DNA from: a virus
Strand: one strand, 5' to 3'
Length of the DNA stretch: 64,000 bases
IMG/VR virus record: IMGVR_UViG_3300022407_006288
Location: 66,873 to 130,872 of that record
Shown here in pieces: positions 8,187 to 17,423 of the stretch; position 1 is the first letter of the stretch; the number at the start of each line of letters is the position of its first letter. The translations under genes and the position numbers were made by a program. The notes below the pieces were generated by a model. That model did not search any database. It was given only the letters and a program-made list of their open reading frames with translations, and was not told the origin of the DNA.

Positions 8187-8262
8187 GGGGGATTAGCTCA
8201 GTTGGGAGAGCGTATGCTTTGCAAGCATAATGTCGTCGGTTCGATCCCGTCATCCTCCACCA
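8187..8262 (+). tRNA. tRNA-Ala(TGC)
   Basis: GGGGGAT/ATCCTCC acceptor with G3:U70, anticodon TGC, CCA. Confidence 0.95.
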
Positions 8263-8277
8263 TAGTTAGAAAACAAT

Positions 8278-8353
8278 TCCTCAATAGCTCAGTCGGTAGA
8301 GTAGGTGACTGTTAATCACTTGGTCGGAGGTTCAAGTCCTTCTTGAGGAGCCA
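8278..8353 (+). tRNA. tRNA-Asn(GTT)
   Basis: TCCTCAA/TTGAGGA acceptor, GGTGA-CTGTTAA-TCACT arm, CCA. Confidence 0.95.
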
Positions 8354-8375
8354 CCTTATATGGTAGAACAACAAA

Positions 8376-8711
8376 ATGAAAATATACTATCAAGATGAAT
8401 ACGGTGTTGTTATATATACTGCCACAGCTACATTAGTTCCACAAGCAGGCAACACAGTAATTTTTCAACAAGATACTTATCGTGTTAGTTCTGTTGCCTG
8501 GGCAATTGAACTTGATCAAATAATAGTATCCGTAACACAAAATCAAACAAAATTATCCGAAAAGGATAACACCAGCAATAGACTTCAGGACATAAACACA
8601 GCTATAATTGCTGTAGGTAGAAGAGTTGATCAACAAGAAAAGAAAGGTCGATTACTTTCCGAACAACTTGTTTCAGTTAGAACTCAATTAAAGCAAAAGG
8701 CACAAAAATGA
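8376..8711 (+). CDS. Hypothetical protein with C-terminal coiled coil
   Basis: 111-aa ORF. Confidence 0.7.
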   Translation: MKIYYQDEYGVVIYTATATLVPQAGNTVIFQQDTYRVSSVAWAIELDQIIVSVTQNQTKLSEKDNTSNRLQDINTAIIAVGRRVDQQEKKGRLLSEQLVSVRTQLKQKAQK

Positions 8712-8911
8712 TAATGATACCAGATAAAAACTTTAGGATGAAGAGAAGCACCAAGTGCATGATAGCACTAATGCGAGGAGAATCTCAACAAGGTCGAAAT
8801 CAATTTAAGAAAATGATGATTCAGGCAGAAATTCACGAAGAAGCAGCAAAACGCGCCGCACTCAAATCACGAGATAATGCACCTGGTAAAACAGCCAAAG
8901 ATCCAGAATAA
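8708..8911 (+). CDS. Hypothetical protein
   Basis: ATGA overlap with upstream stop. Confidence 0.7.
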   Translation: MIMIPDKNFRMKRSTKCMIALMRGESQQGRNQFKKMMIQAEIHEEAAKRAALKSRDNAPGKTAKDPE

Positions 8912-8932
8912 CTATATTAGCCCTGTACTATC

Positions 8933-8970
8933 AATCCGCAATTGTGTGCATCGCAGTTGCGGATTTTTTT
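8933..8970 (+). terminator. Intrinsic terminator
   Basis: AATCCGCAATTG/CAGTTGCGGATT stem plus T-run. Confidence 0.75.
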
Positions 8971-9071
8971 ATTTATAGTATCTTGATTAAACATACTTAT
9001 TTAGAATCCAATTTAAGTAATAAATAATATCTAGTAATAGGACTAGGCCAAACTATTTTATTTGAGGTACT

Positions 9072-9731
9072 ATGGATTCTTTTATAGAAAGACTATCAGA
9101 ATTACAACAATTTCTATCTAAACTGTCATGGAAGAAAATTTTTCAGTTATTTGCGCTCCTGTTAATAATTTCAGTTGCATGGTTTTCCTATGCAATTAGC
9201 GATCAATTGTTCACTTATATAAGAACAGAAAAAATACAGCACATAGTTTCTCCAACCAAGCAGTTGTCCCAAACAACAATAGAGAAAATAACCGCAGCAA
9301 CCAGCAGATCTGATCTTGTGTTGGGATCAGGCGTTACCATATTTAACTTTCAAAAAAATGTTAGGCATGTTATATATCTAGGTGCAAATTCGTATGATTT
9401 AAACGCTGATTTTAACAAGTATAATCATCTATTGAATACAGAATCCCCCATATTTGGACAGAATGATTTTTATAATCGCAAAATAGTTGACATTATCAAT
9501 GGCGATTTTATATGCGTACCTTATGAAAATACACCATTTGCACAAGAAATGCCCGATTCAATACGTCATGCACAAACACTTTGCGTACATGGTATGCCAC
9601 CGGTTTTTGGAAAACTTACCGGTACTGTTATGTTTTTCTTAAACAAGCCGCCCTCACTGGCAGAAACAGATCAGTTAAGAATCATAGCCAGAGATTTGTC
9701 TACATACATCTATGATCGTGAATTAAAATAA
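9072..9731 (+). CDS. Single-TM protein with C-terminal GAF-like domain (T4 holin T-like), paralog 1
   Basis: Amphipathic N-terminus, TM at about aa 23-42, FICVPY...LCVHGMPPVFGKLTGTVMFFL. Confidence 0.5.
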   Translation: MDSFIERLSELQQFLSKLSWKKIFQLFALLLIISVAWFSYAISDQLFTYIRTEKIQHIVSPTKQLSQTTIEKITAATSRSDLVLGSGVTIFNFQKNVRHVIYLGANSYDLNADFNKYNHLLNTESPIFGQNDFYNRKIVDIINGDFICVPYENTPFAQEMPDSIRHAQTLCVHGMPPVFGKLTGTVMFFLNKPPSLAETDQLRIIARDLSTYIYDRELK

Positions 9732-9782
9732 ATTAGGGCATTATTGAAGCATAATGGAAGCACACACTCGCAGGATAGCAGC

Positions 9783-10373
9783 ATGACTAAATTTAGATTT
9801 ACTACTAGTAAAATTCTTATAATTACGATTATATGTTTACTTTTACTGTTTGTGAGGTTATATTTTTCTCATGCTGCTAACGATCAATCTCGTGTTATTA
9901 TAAAGCCGGAATTGTCGGAATATGTTGTCAACAATGTGCAGAGAATTCCCGATTTGGTTGGTGTACAGATTATTTCTATTAATCTACAAAAAAACACAAG
10001 ATATGTAATGTACAGCTATTTTAAAGATAGCAATGTTGACAAAATGTATTCGAATTTTTTTGAAAAAAGTCTCAGTGACGACATTCCTTTTTTCACCCGA
10101 GACAATGATAAAGTAAATTCATATCTTGTTAAATTAATTAATCATGAGTTTACATGTGTGCCTTATACAAGCACAGTCATGCACGAGTATGTTCCGGCAG
10201 CAGAAAAAAATATCAAATCAGTGTGTGCTGTTGCAATACCTCCGTCATATGGTTCTTTAACCGGCGCAATAGAGATATATCTAAGTAAAGAACCCGAAAA
10301 TAAAGATGTACTAATAACAATTTCTAAAAATATTTCTAATCGCCTTATTACCGAAATAAACATCCGCCCCTGA
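9783..10373 (+). CDS. Single-TM protein with GAF-like domain, paralog 2
   Basis: TM then FTCVPY...VCAVAIPPSYGSLTGAIEIYL; clearly homologous to 9072-9731. Start may be TTG 9744. Confidence 0.5.
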   Translation: MTKFRFTTSKILIITIICLLLLFVRLYFSHAANDQSRVIIKPELSEYVVNNVQRIPDLVGVQIISINLQKNTRYVMYSYFKDSNVDKMYSNFFEKSLSDDIPFFTRDNDKVNSYLVKLINHEFTCVPYTSTVMHEYVPAAEKNIKSVCAVAIPPSYGSLTGAIEIYLSKEPENKDVLITISKNISNRLITEINIRP

Positions 10374-10391
10374 GTCTATCACTCATACCAG

Positions 10392-10420
10392 TTGACATTT
10401 TTTTAAGATTTTTGTATAAT
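10392..10420 (+). promoter_or_regulatory. Consensus sigma70 (early) promoter
   Basis: TTGACA-17 bp-TATAAT. Confidence 0.88.
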
Positions 10421-10445
10421 AGCAAAAATCTACCACACGTGTCTT

Positions 10446-11516
10446 ATGCGAAAACTGGCCACTATTCGTCAAGTTAAAGAAATACTGCCAATTGCTGATG
10501 CAGATGCCATTGTCTTGGTCAAAATTGATGGATGGAATTGTGTAGCACTAAAGGACGAATTTTCGATAGGCGACCGGTGTGTTTATTTTGAAATTGATAG
10601 TTTTATTCCCTTATGCCCACAAGTTGAGCACATTCGTGCCCGTGCATACAAACGTATGGGAGAAAAAGAAGGTGTGCGTATTAAAACTATTAAATTGCGT
10701 GGCGTTATTAGTCAAGGACTGGCACTGCCTTTAAGTAAATTTCCCAATGCTGTAGATGCGTATAATAATACCGCTCATGATTCGCAAGATGGCTATTTTG
10801 ATGTATCGGACATACTGGGTGTGGAAAAGTATGAAATACCCGTTCCTGCATCCTTAAACGGTCAAATTTTTGGTAATTTCCCCACTTGTATTAAAAAGAC
10901 TGATCAAGAGCGTTGTCAAAATCTGGGTGCGGATATTTTTGTTAAAAATCAAGATTCCCGATACGAAGTTACCATGAAACTTGATGGCACTTCCTTTACT
11001 GCATTTTACGTTAACGGAGATAGCGGAGTTTGTGGTCGCAACTGGCAATTGCAAATAAACGAAGAAAATCAACACAATAGCTTAATTCGTATGTACGTTG
11101 ACAGTGATTTGCAACAAGTTTTAAGCAAATTTGACAGAAATTTTGCACTACAGGGCGAGCTAATGGGTCCGGCTATACAAAAAAATCGTGAAGGCCTATC
11201 CGCACATAAACTGTTTATCTTTGACATCTATGACATTGATCGTGGTTGTTATTTAACGCCTGTTGATAGACACAGTGTCATGACTGAACTATGGCATCTT
11301 GGACTAAAGAAAAATATGGTACAACATGTGCCTGTACTACACGCTGATACAACACTTGGCAGTTTAGGCATCCACACAGTAGACGAACTTTTAAGGTTTG
11401 CAGAAGGCGTCAGTATTAATCATCCCGTACGTGAAGGGCTGGTATTTAAGCGTGTCGATGGCGCTTTTAGTTTCAAAGCCATATCCAACATATTCTTGCT
11501 TAAATTTGAAGATTAA
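10446..11516 (+). CDS. RNA ligase, DRB0094 family
   Basis: MRKLATIRQV N-terminus, motif I TMKLDGTS, QGELMG, FDIYDI, REGLVFK, FKAIS. Confidence 0.9.
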   Translation: MRKLATIRQVKEILPIADADAIVLVKIDGWNCVALKDEFSIGDRCVYFEIDSFIPLCPQVEHIRARAYKRMGEKEGVRIKTIKLRGVISQGLALPLSKFPNAVDAYNNTAHDSQDGYFDVSDILGVEKYEIPVPASLNGQIFGNFPTCIKKTDQERCQNLGADIFVKNQDSRYEVTMKLDGTSFTAFYVNGDSGVCGRNWQLQINEENQHNSLIRMYVDSDLQQVLSKFDRNFALQGELMGPAIQKNREGLSAHKLFIFDIYDIDRGCYLTPVDRHSVMTELWHLGLKKNMVQHVPVLHADTTLGSLGIHTVDELLRFAEGVSINHPVREGLVFKRVDGAFSFKAISNIFLLKFED

Positions 11517-11557
11517 TTTTAAAAATTTCTTGATAAATAGTATATGGAACATATACT

Positions 11558-12391
11558 ATGAAATTATTTGAACTATTTTTAACGGAAACTACAGAGGAAG
11601 AAAGAGCAATACTTTCTTTATCTTCTGCTATTTCTAATCATATCAACAAGTATAAGGATATTGAGCCCGAACAGCTCAATTACGATGATTATGACTCCGA
11701 TTACGACGACGATTTGGATATACACGGGGATGAAGATCAGCCACAAGATATAGGTACAATTGGTCAGTTATTTGACACACCTTTAGATATATTAAATCCC
11801 GTCAGACTTGAATTACAATCCGATTATGGAATTAGACAACGCATAAAAAGAGAAGACGAATCAGACAAGCAAATACTAAAACCTGGGTCAGATGATATAT
11901 TGGGACTATGGTATTCTGATGGCAAGACCATTGTGCTTAATAAAGATTATTTAGGATCACCGTCTTTAAAGTCAGCAGTATCCCATGAACTGAGACATGC
12001 TTTAGATGACTTTAAGTCTGATTTTAGAGCAAACACGCCCAATACCAAATATACAAAGTCCAAGATTAAATCTATTCGCAAGTTATCTGACAAGGATGAT
12101 CCGCACGGGTTAAAAATATTATCTGAACCTGCAGAAATAAATGCTAGATTTTCACAAGTACTTCATGCCATGACACCTGTTATAGCAAGATCAGTTAAAC
12201 TTGAACCATACTATGCAGATAGACTTATTAAAAATCAATTAAACAATGAGCTTGAACGTTATTTAATTGCAGATTTTTTCCCGCATAAACAAAATTCAAG
12301 AGAATATAAAAGATTTATAAAACGTGCAATGGATTTTGTACAAAAAGAAAAGAAATATCAAGAAGACTTGTTAAAGTCAAAAAAAGATTAA
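11558..12391 (+). CDS. Putative HExxH metallopeptidase-like late protein
   Basis: SHELRHALD plus downstream EINAR; late promoter 11532-11539. Confidence 0.5.
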   Translation: MKLFELFLTETTEEERAILSLSSAISNHINKYKDIEPEQLNYDDYDSDYDDDLDIHGDEDQPQDIGTIGQLFDTPLDILNPVRLELQSDYGIRQRIKREDESDKQILKPGSDDILGLWYSDGKTIVLNKDYLGSPSLKSAVSHELRHALDDFKSDFRANTPNTKYTKSKIKSIRKLSDKDDPHGLKILSEPAEINARFSQVLHAMTPVIARSVKLEPYYADRLIKNQLNNELERYLIADFFPHKQNSREYKRFIKRAMDFVQKEKKYQEDLLKSKKD

Positions 12392-12405
12392 ACAAAAGGC
12401 ATGGT

Positions 12406-12834
12406 ATGTGGATTGAAAATGTAGCTGCCGCCGATGTTTTGTCGAGAAATCATCGAGATGCCGGGCACAACAGTATGCTGATTAGTATTGCTGACCCAGG
12501 CGGGTGGCATCCTACGCCCTCGCATAATTTTAAAGAAATTCACGATTTTGAATTTTCCGATTTGGAAAAAGATCAGAAAATTATGGGTTCTGCAGTTAAG
12601 ATTTTGGATGAAGATGCAGAAAGACTTGTGCGTTTATTGCAGCGTGCTTTTGAAAATCAAATGAATGTTGTGGTACATTGTGTGGCAGGTATATGCAGGT
12701 CAGGTGCAGTTTGCGAAGTAGGCATCATGATGGGCTTTGAAGATACAGGCAGATTTCGTAATCCAAATCTACTGGTCAAACACAAAATGATGCAAGTGCT
12801 AGGGTGGAGTTACAACGAGGAAAACAATGCATAA
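12406..12834 (+). CDS. Protein-tyrosine/dual-specificity phosphatase-like protein
   Basis: CX5R motif VHCVAGICRSGAV. Confidence 0.85.
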   Translation: MWIENVAAADVLSRNHRDAGHNSMLISIADPGGWHPTPSHNFKEIHDFEFSDLEKDQKIMGSAVKILDEDAERLVRLLQRAFENQMNVVVHCVAGICRSGAVCEVGIMMGFEDTGRFRNPNLLVKHKMMQVLGWSYNEENNA

Positions 12835-13252
12835 TATGAAAAAGTTTTTATTTATTGCACTACTATTTACAAATATTTGCTGTTATGCTGCAGAGATGAC
12901 GTTGCCTATTCGCGGAGTGGCCGATGGCGACACAATTAAAACTAAATTAGATTTACCGTGCCCGTTGTGTTATGTGTCCATTAGAATTTTGGGAATAGAT
13001 ACCCCCGAATCAACCCGCCTGGCCAAATGTCCGGCAGAATTGGCAAAAGGACTTGAAGCAAAGGCATTCCTTACCAATTTAGTCAAAGGACATGGTACCA
13101 TGACAGTACGACATGTCAAGTGGGATAAATATGGTGGCAGAATTGATGCAACCGTAGAAATTGATAATAAGAATGTTGCCGATTTGTTACTTGCAGCAGG
13201 TCTTGCAAAACCATATACCGGTCAAGGACCAAAACCCAATTGGTGCTCTTAA
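12827..13252 (+). CDS. Thermonuclease (SNase-like) with signal peptide
   Basis: DGDT, IRILGIDTPE, WDKYGGR motifs. Confidence 0.9.
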   Translation: MHNMKKFLFIALLFTNICCYAAEMTLPIRGVADGDTIKTKLDLPCPLCYVSIRILGIDTPESTRLAKCPAELAKGLEAKAFLTNLVKGHGTMTVRHVKWDKYGGRIDATVEIDNKNVADLLLAAGLAKPYTGQGPKPNWCS

Positions 13253-13311
13253 CCAGAATTACAATTGATATTATAATAAGACTACTAAATAAGTACGTAA
13301 TAAAAAAATTT

Positions 13312-13386
13312 GCCCCTTTAGCATAGTGGTACTGCACCCGCCTTGTAAGCGGAAGATCGTCTGTTCGATTCAGACAAGGGGCACCA
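13312..13386 (+). tRNA. tRNA-Thr(TGT)
   Basis: GCCCCTT/AAGGGGC acceptor, CTTGTAA loop, CCA. Confidence 0.92.
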
Positions 13387-13426
13387 ATAAAACATGTAAA
13401 GGATAATTAAAATAATAAAAAGCAAT

Positions 13427-13828
13427 ATGCATAAAAATTTTAATTGTCTAAATTGTGATAAAGAACATAACTTTAAAGGTTATAGTTATACTAATAAGTA
13501 TTGCAATAATCAGTGTCAACAAGATTTCGAATATAAGGCAGCAATAAAAAATTGGGAAATTATTACACCCGGTAAAAGTAGAATTAAAAGATATCTTGCA
13601 GAATTATTTGGCAACAAATGTTCAATATGTAATATTCAAACATGGTGTAATAAAGAAATTATTTTTGAATTAGAACATAGAGATGGTAATAGCGAAAATA
13701 ATAATGCGGATAATTTGTGTTTAATTTGTCCAAATTGCCATAGTCAAACAAGTACATATAAAAATAAAAATATGGGCAATGGACGGCATATTAGGCGGCA
13801 GAGATACGCAGAAGGTAAAAGTTTTTAG
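13427..13828 (+). CDS. HNH endonuclease (free-standing, between tRNA genes)
   Basis: Zn-finger CxxC...YC-x3-C; ELEHRDGNSENN...LCLICPNCHSQT. Confidence 0.9.
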   Translation: MHKNFNCLNCDKEHNFKGYSYTNKYCNNQCQQDFEYKAAIKNWEIITPGKSRIKRYLAELFGNKCSICNIQTWCNKEIIFELEHRDGNSENNNADNLCLICPNCHSQTSTYKNKNMGNGRHIRRQRYAEGKSF

Positions 13829-13856
13829 CAGTATATAAGTAATAAAGATATATTTG

Positions 13857-13930
13857 GCGAAATTAGTTTAATGGTAAAACCGTAGATTTCCAATCTTCTG
13901 TCATCAGTTCGATTCTGATATTTCGCTCCA
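13857..13930 (+). tRNA. tRNA-Gly(TCC)
   Basis: GCGAAAT/ATTTCGC acceptor, TTTCCAA loop, CCA. Confidence 0.9.
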
Positions 13931-13962
13931 TCTAATACACAACAAAAAACAAGGACTCAATT

Positions 13963-14523
13963 ATGTCATTACGTGAATTTGCAAAAAATCATCATCCCAG
14001 GACTGACAAGTACGATCTAGGATACATAGAAACATTTTACGATGAATTGTTTACTCCTAGGTCTGCCGACGTAAAAAATTTACTCGAGATTGGTATTTAC
14101 AAAGGTGATTCTATTTTGCTATGGAGAGACTTTTTTCCTAACGCTATAATCACTGGTGCTGATATTACCCAGTGCCCACGTCTCCACTCAGAATCTCGTG
14201 TAGAAGTTTTTTATGAAAATGCATACACACACAATTTTGTGGACAAGTTCCCCAAGAATCACTTTGATATCATTATTGATGATGGCCCGCATACGTTTGA
14301 ATCCATGCAGTTTTTCTTAAAGAATTATTTAGAATTGGTGCAGCCCGGAGGTCTTTTAATTCTCGAGGATATTATTAACCCTGCGTGGACTCCGGAATTG
14401 GTAAAATTAATCGACCCTGCTGTCAGCAAGATAACTGCAGTGGACCTGCGAGGCAAACAACACACTGATAAATTATTACAAGATTGGAAAAACGGACTAG
14501 ATGTGATCATTGTAGAAAAGTAA
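13963..14523 (+). CDS. Class I SAM-dependent methyltransferase
   Basis: LLEIGIYKGDS, DIIIDDGPH, GGLLILED. Confidence 0.88.
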   Translation: MSLREFAKNHHPRTDKYDLGYIETFYDELFTPRSADVKNLLEIGIYKGDSILLWRDFFPNAIITGADITQCPRLHSESRVEVFYENAYTHNFVDKFPKNHFDIIIDDGPHTFESMQFFLKNYLELVQPGGLLILEDIINPAWTPELVKLIDPAVSKITAVDLRGKQHTDKLLQDWKNGLDVIIVEK

Positions 14524-14549
14524 TCAACTGTTTGATTTGTTTTTAAAAT

Positions 14550-14735
14550 ATGAGTAATTGCACATGTGGCAGAACAACTCGTAAGCCCATGTGCGATAAG
14601 AGCTGCAGCCTAACCGAAGCCGAGTATGTTGCACGTACAGCAAGACTGTCTCAACTACAAGCTAATTCTAAAATTCAAAATACCATAGTTCCCCCAATTG
14701 CCAATACTGCTAGTTCTGATAACAATAAAGCATAA
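14550..14735 (+). CDS. CDGSH-type Fe-S domain protein, His-to-Cys variant
   Basis: CTCGRTTRKPMCDKSC matches CxCxx[ST]xxxPxCDG[SAT]H spacing with Cys in place of His. Confidence 0.7.
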   Translation: MSNCTCGRTTRKPMCDKSCSLTEAEYVARTARLSQLQANSKIQNTIVPPIANTASSDNNKA

Positions 14736-14773
14736 ATACTGTTCTAGCACATTCAAGTGCACAAGGAGAAAAC

Positions 14774-14893
14774 ATGGACTTAATCAGCATAGTACTTGGT
14801 ATTGCAATCGGCGCCGCATTTTCACCATTTTGGGTGTCAGTTTGGGCTAAAATTAAAAAGTCAATTAAATCAGCTACACCGCCTGCACCCTAA
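14774..14893 (+). CDS. Small membrane peptide (39 aa)
   Basis: AGGAG RBS; MDLISIVLGIAIGAAFSPFWVSVWAKIKK... Confidence 0.7.
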   Translation: MDLISIVLGIAIGAAFSPFWVSVWAKIKKSIKSATPPAP

Positions 14894-14955
14894 GCAGTAC
14901 GTGATCTTTATATGATAACCGCCTGAACTATACTAATATAGTTCGGGTCAATAAT

Positions 14956-15043
14956 GGAAGATTGGCAGAGTGGCCGATTGCGTCAGTCTTGAAAACTGAA
15001 GGCCCGAAAGGGTCCGTGAGTTCGAATCTCACATCTTCCTCCA
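14956..15043 (+). tRNA. tRNA-Ser(TGA)
   Basis: GGAAGAT/ATCTTCC acceptor, TCAGT-CTTGAAA-ACTGA arm, long variable arm, CCA. Confidence 0.95.
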
Positions 15044-15111
15044 TCAAATCTCTTCAACACAATCAAGATCCTTTTGCAAATTATAATAGTTTTATAATTT
15101 GGTAAATCCGC

Positions 15112-15140
15112 TTGACAACTTGATAATATCTCTATACACT
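15112..15140 (+). promoter_or_regulatory. sigma70 promoter upstream of LuxR-type gene
   Basis: TTGACA-17 bp-TACACT. Confidence 0.65.
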
Positions 15141-15284
15141 GCGTATTGTGGTAAATAAATAATTTAACACACATCAAAAACTATAGGTGAAGCAGTATTA
15201 CTATAAAGTACTAGTACAGCTGATTATTTAAATAATTAGCAGTAGTACCATGTAAATAAACTTATAATAATATGCGAGGAATCT

Positions 15285-16433
15285 ATGATACACACAGACT
15301 TGGAAACAGACTCACTCGGTACTAAGTTACCCACAATTGTTTATTTCAGTTATGATCATTCACACTCAACTGAGTGTACCGACCGAATAAGTAGCACAGC
15401 CACTTGTACATTTAAATTTCCCAGCACATGGAGTGAACTGGCAACCCATTTAGAGTCGGGTGAACATATAGTTGCAATTCATATCAGCATGATAAAAAGA
15501 TCTGATTCATCTATTTTGAATTTTTTAGGTGCAATTAGGGGATTATGCAAATGCATGCCTGTATCTGACAGCTTAAAAATTGCAGTGATCATTGATCAAG
15601 ATACCGCTCAACATGAAATTGCCGAATTACACAAACACAAAGTATTTGGTTTACTGCTAGATATTGAATGCTATCCCATTGATGACGTGTGTGCATCAAT
15701 TGACTCGCTGATAGCAGGCATACCCCATTGGCCCGAGCATATTACTAGTCAGCTGCCCAATCCACTGGCCACACTGGTAACTGTGTATTTTCGAAAAGAT
15801 TGGGCTAAACATATAACTCCTCTCATGGCAGAAACTCTCAGTGGACAGATAACTTTAAATGTACGTTACTGTACCAGCTGGGAGGACTTGGATACAGCAC
15901 TTTTGGAAAATCCTCATCAGCTGATAATACACGCTGATACCATCCGAGAGTTAAGTACCACCATACCAGAAATTATTTCAATGATCGAAACACGGTTAAG
16001 ACTTTATGGACCACGTATACCCGTAGCAATTGAAATTGAACCCACTACTGCCTTGCATGTCATAAAAGAATTAAAAAAATGCGGAGTATTTGGTATTGTG
16101 CCCAGTACAGCCACATGGGGAATTAATGAAACAATTACTGCTATTCGCGCACTGGTCAAACGTGTTCCCTATTGGCCCAAGCATATTATTGATCAGCTGC
16201 CCGGCAACAAACTGGTTATAAAAAACAAAAAATCCGGAATTAGTGTAACACCACGACAACGTCAAGTTTTGGATCTTATATGCAATCGCGGATTAAGCAA
16301 TAAACAAATTGCCAAATCATTAAGTATTTCCGAAAGTACTGTAAAAATACATATTGGGTGCATACTCAAAGAGTACGGTGTAAGAAATAGAACACAGCTG
16401 GTTTTGGCTGCAGCTTGTCTCCTGAAAGCATAA
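15285..16433 (+). CDS. LuxR/NarL-type regulator with two tandem atypical receiver-like domains
   Basis: C-terminal HTH TPRQRQVLDLICNRGLSNKQIAKSLSISESTVKIHIG...RNRTQLV; internal duplication ending IPHWPEHITSQLP / VPYWPKHIIDQLP. Confidence 0.88.
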   Translation: MIHTDLETDSLGTKLPTIVYFSYDHSHSTECTDRISSTATCTFKFPSTWSELATHLESGEHIVAIHISMIKRSDSSILNFLGAIRGLCKCMPVSDSLKIAVIIDQDTAQHEIAELHKHKVFGLLLDIECYPIDDVCASIDSLIAGIPHWPEHITSQLPNPLATLVTVYFRKDWAKHITPLMAETLSGQITLNVRYCTSWEDLDTALLENPHQLIIHADTIRELSTTIPEIISMIETRLRLYGPRIPVAIEIEPTTALHVIKELKKCGVFGIVPSTATWGINETITAIRALVKRVPYWPKHIIDQLPGNKLVIKNKKSGISVTPRQRQVLDLICNRGLSNKQIAKSLSISESTVKIHIGCILKEYGVRNRTQLVLAAACLLKA

Positions 16434-16530
16434 TAGCCCACGCCCTCGTGGCATATTTTTTTAAATAAAAATCTATAACGCTGAAGTGCTATTCCTGCTA
16501 AAGTACTTGGTATAATACCTGTTTAATCTT

Positions 16531-16574
16531 TAAATAAATGCATACTACAAATGGAAATTGGTTCTGTCTGTAGT
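16531..16574 (+). repeat. Duplicated promoter/leader hairpin, copy 1 (copy 2 at 17326-17369)
   Basis: 39/44 identical; TAAATA element followed by ACTACA/TGTAGT stem. Confidence 0.85.
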
Positions 16575-16642
16575 ACAAGATCGACTAAACTGTGTTTGCG
16601 TAATTTATGCAGTTAGTCTTATTTAATTAAGGAATTATTATC

Positions 16643-17206
16643 ATGGCCGATATGACAGGACTAACAACTGATCCATTTTTCTCATTACTTGCTCAAGTGC
16701 AAGACGTCAAGACCAAAGTTTCAGACAGCATTTTTGAAAACTACAAGCTACAAATAGCACAATCAAACGACATCAACAACCGTGCAATGCAAGTTGCATT
16801 GCATGACACAGCCGCATTTGCTGATTTGAAAAATGCGGTTTCTAATGGTACATTGCAGACCATGCTTGCTGCTGCACGCACTGATGCTGCTATTGCCGCA
16901 ACTGCAATGAGCACACAACGTGTTGTCATGGAACAGGGCGAAGCTACTCGTGGATTAATTGCTGCACTAAACACACAAAACTTGAATACTGCATTGATCA
17001 ACACAAACACAGCTCTTTACAGTCTAAACGGACAGTATTCCGGATTAGGTCTTGCATATGGCGGCGCTGTTGCTGCTGTTCAAAGCGCAAATTCTGTTAG
17101 CTCAGTGAATGCACTACACAGTGCTGTATCCGGTCAGAGATTGATCAATACAGGTAGCATGGCTTCTACATCACAGACATCTACACCGACATCTATTGGC
17201 GGCTAA
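16643..17206 (+). CDS. Ala/Thr/Asn/Gln-rich coiled-coil protein, paralog A1 (unknown function)
   Basis: AAGGA RBS; about 80% identical to 17424-17984. Confidence 0.9.
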   Translation: MADMTGLTTDPFFSLLAQVQDVKTKVSDSIFENYKLQIAQSNDINNRAMQVALHDTAAFADLKNAVSNGTLQTMLAAARTDAAIAATAMSTQRVVMEQGEATRGLIAALNTQNLNTALINTNTALYSLNGQYSGLGLAYGGAVAAVQSANSVSSVNALHSAVSGQRLINTGSMASTSQTSTPTSIGG

Positions 17207-17226
17207 AAGTACACTTGTACTTTACA

Positions 17227-17254
17227 AAATACCTTCCTTCCGGGAGGTATTTTT
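17227..17254 (+). terminator. Intrinsic terminator between paralogs
   Basis: AATACCTTCC/GGGAGGTATT stem plus T-run. Confidence 0.75.
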
Positions 17255-17325
17255 ATGGCTAAAATTTACATAATATTGAAGTTGTAGTTGTACTAATGCA
17301 TGTATTAAATCCCCAGTCTATCCAT

Positions 17326-17369
17326 TAAATAAATGCATACTACAAATAGAAATTGGTTTTACTTGTAGT
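17326..17369 (+). repeat. Duplicated promoter/leader hairpin, copy 2
   Basis: See 16531-16574. Confidence 0.85.
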
Positions 17370-17423
17370 TATTATAACTGAAGCTACAAAAGTTTTGGTA
17401 TTTTTAATTAAGGAATTATTATC

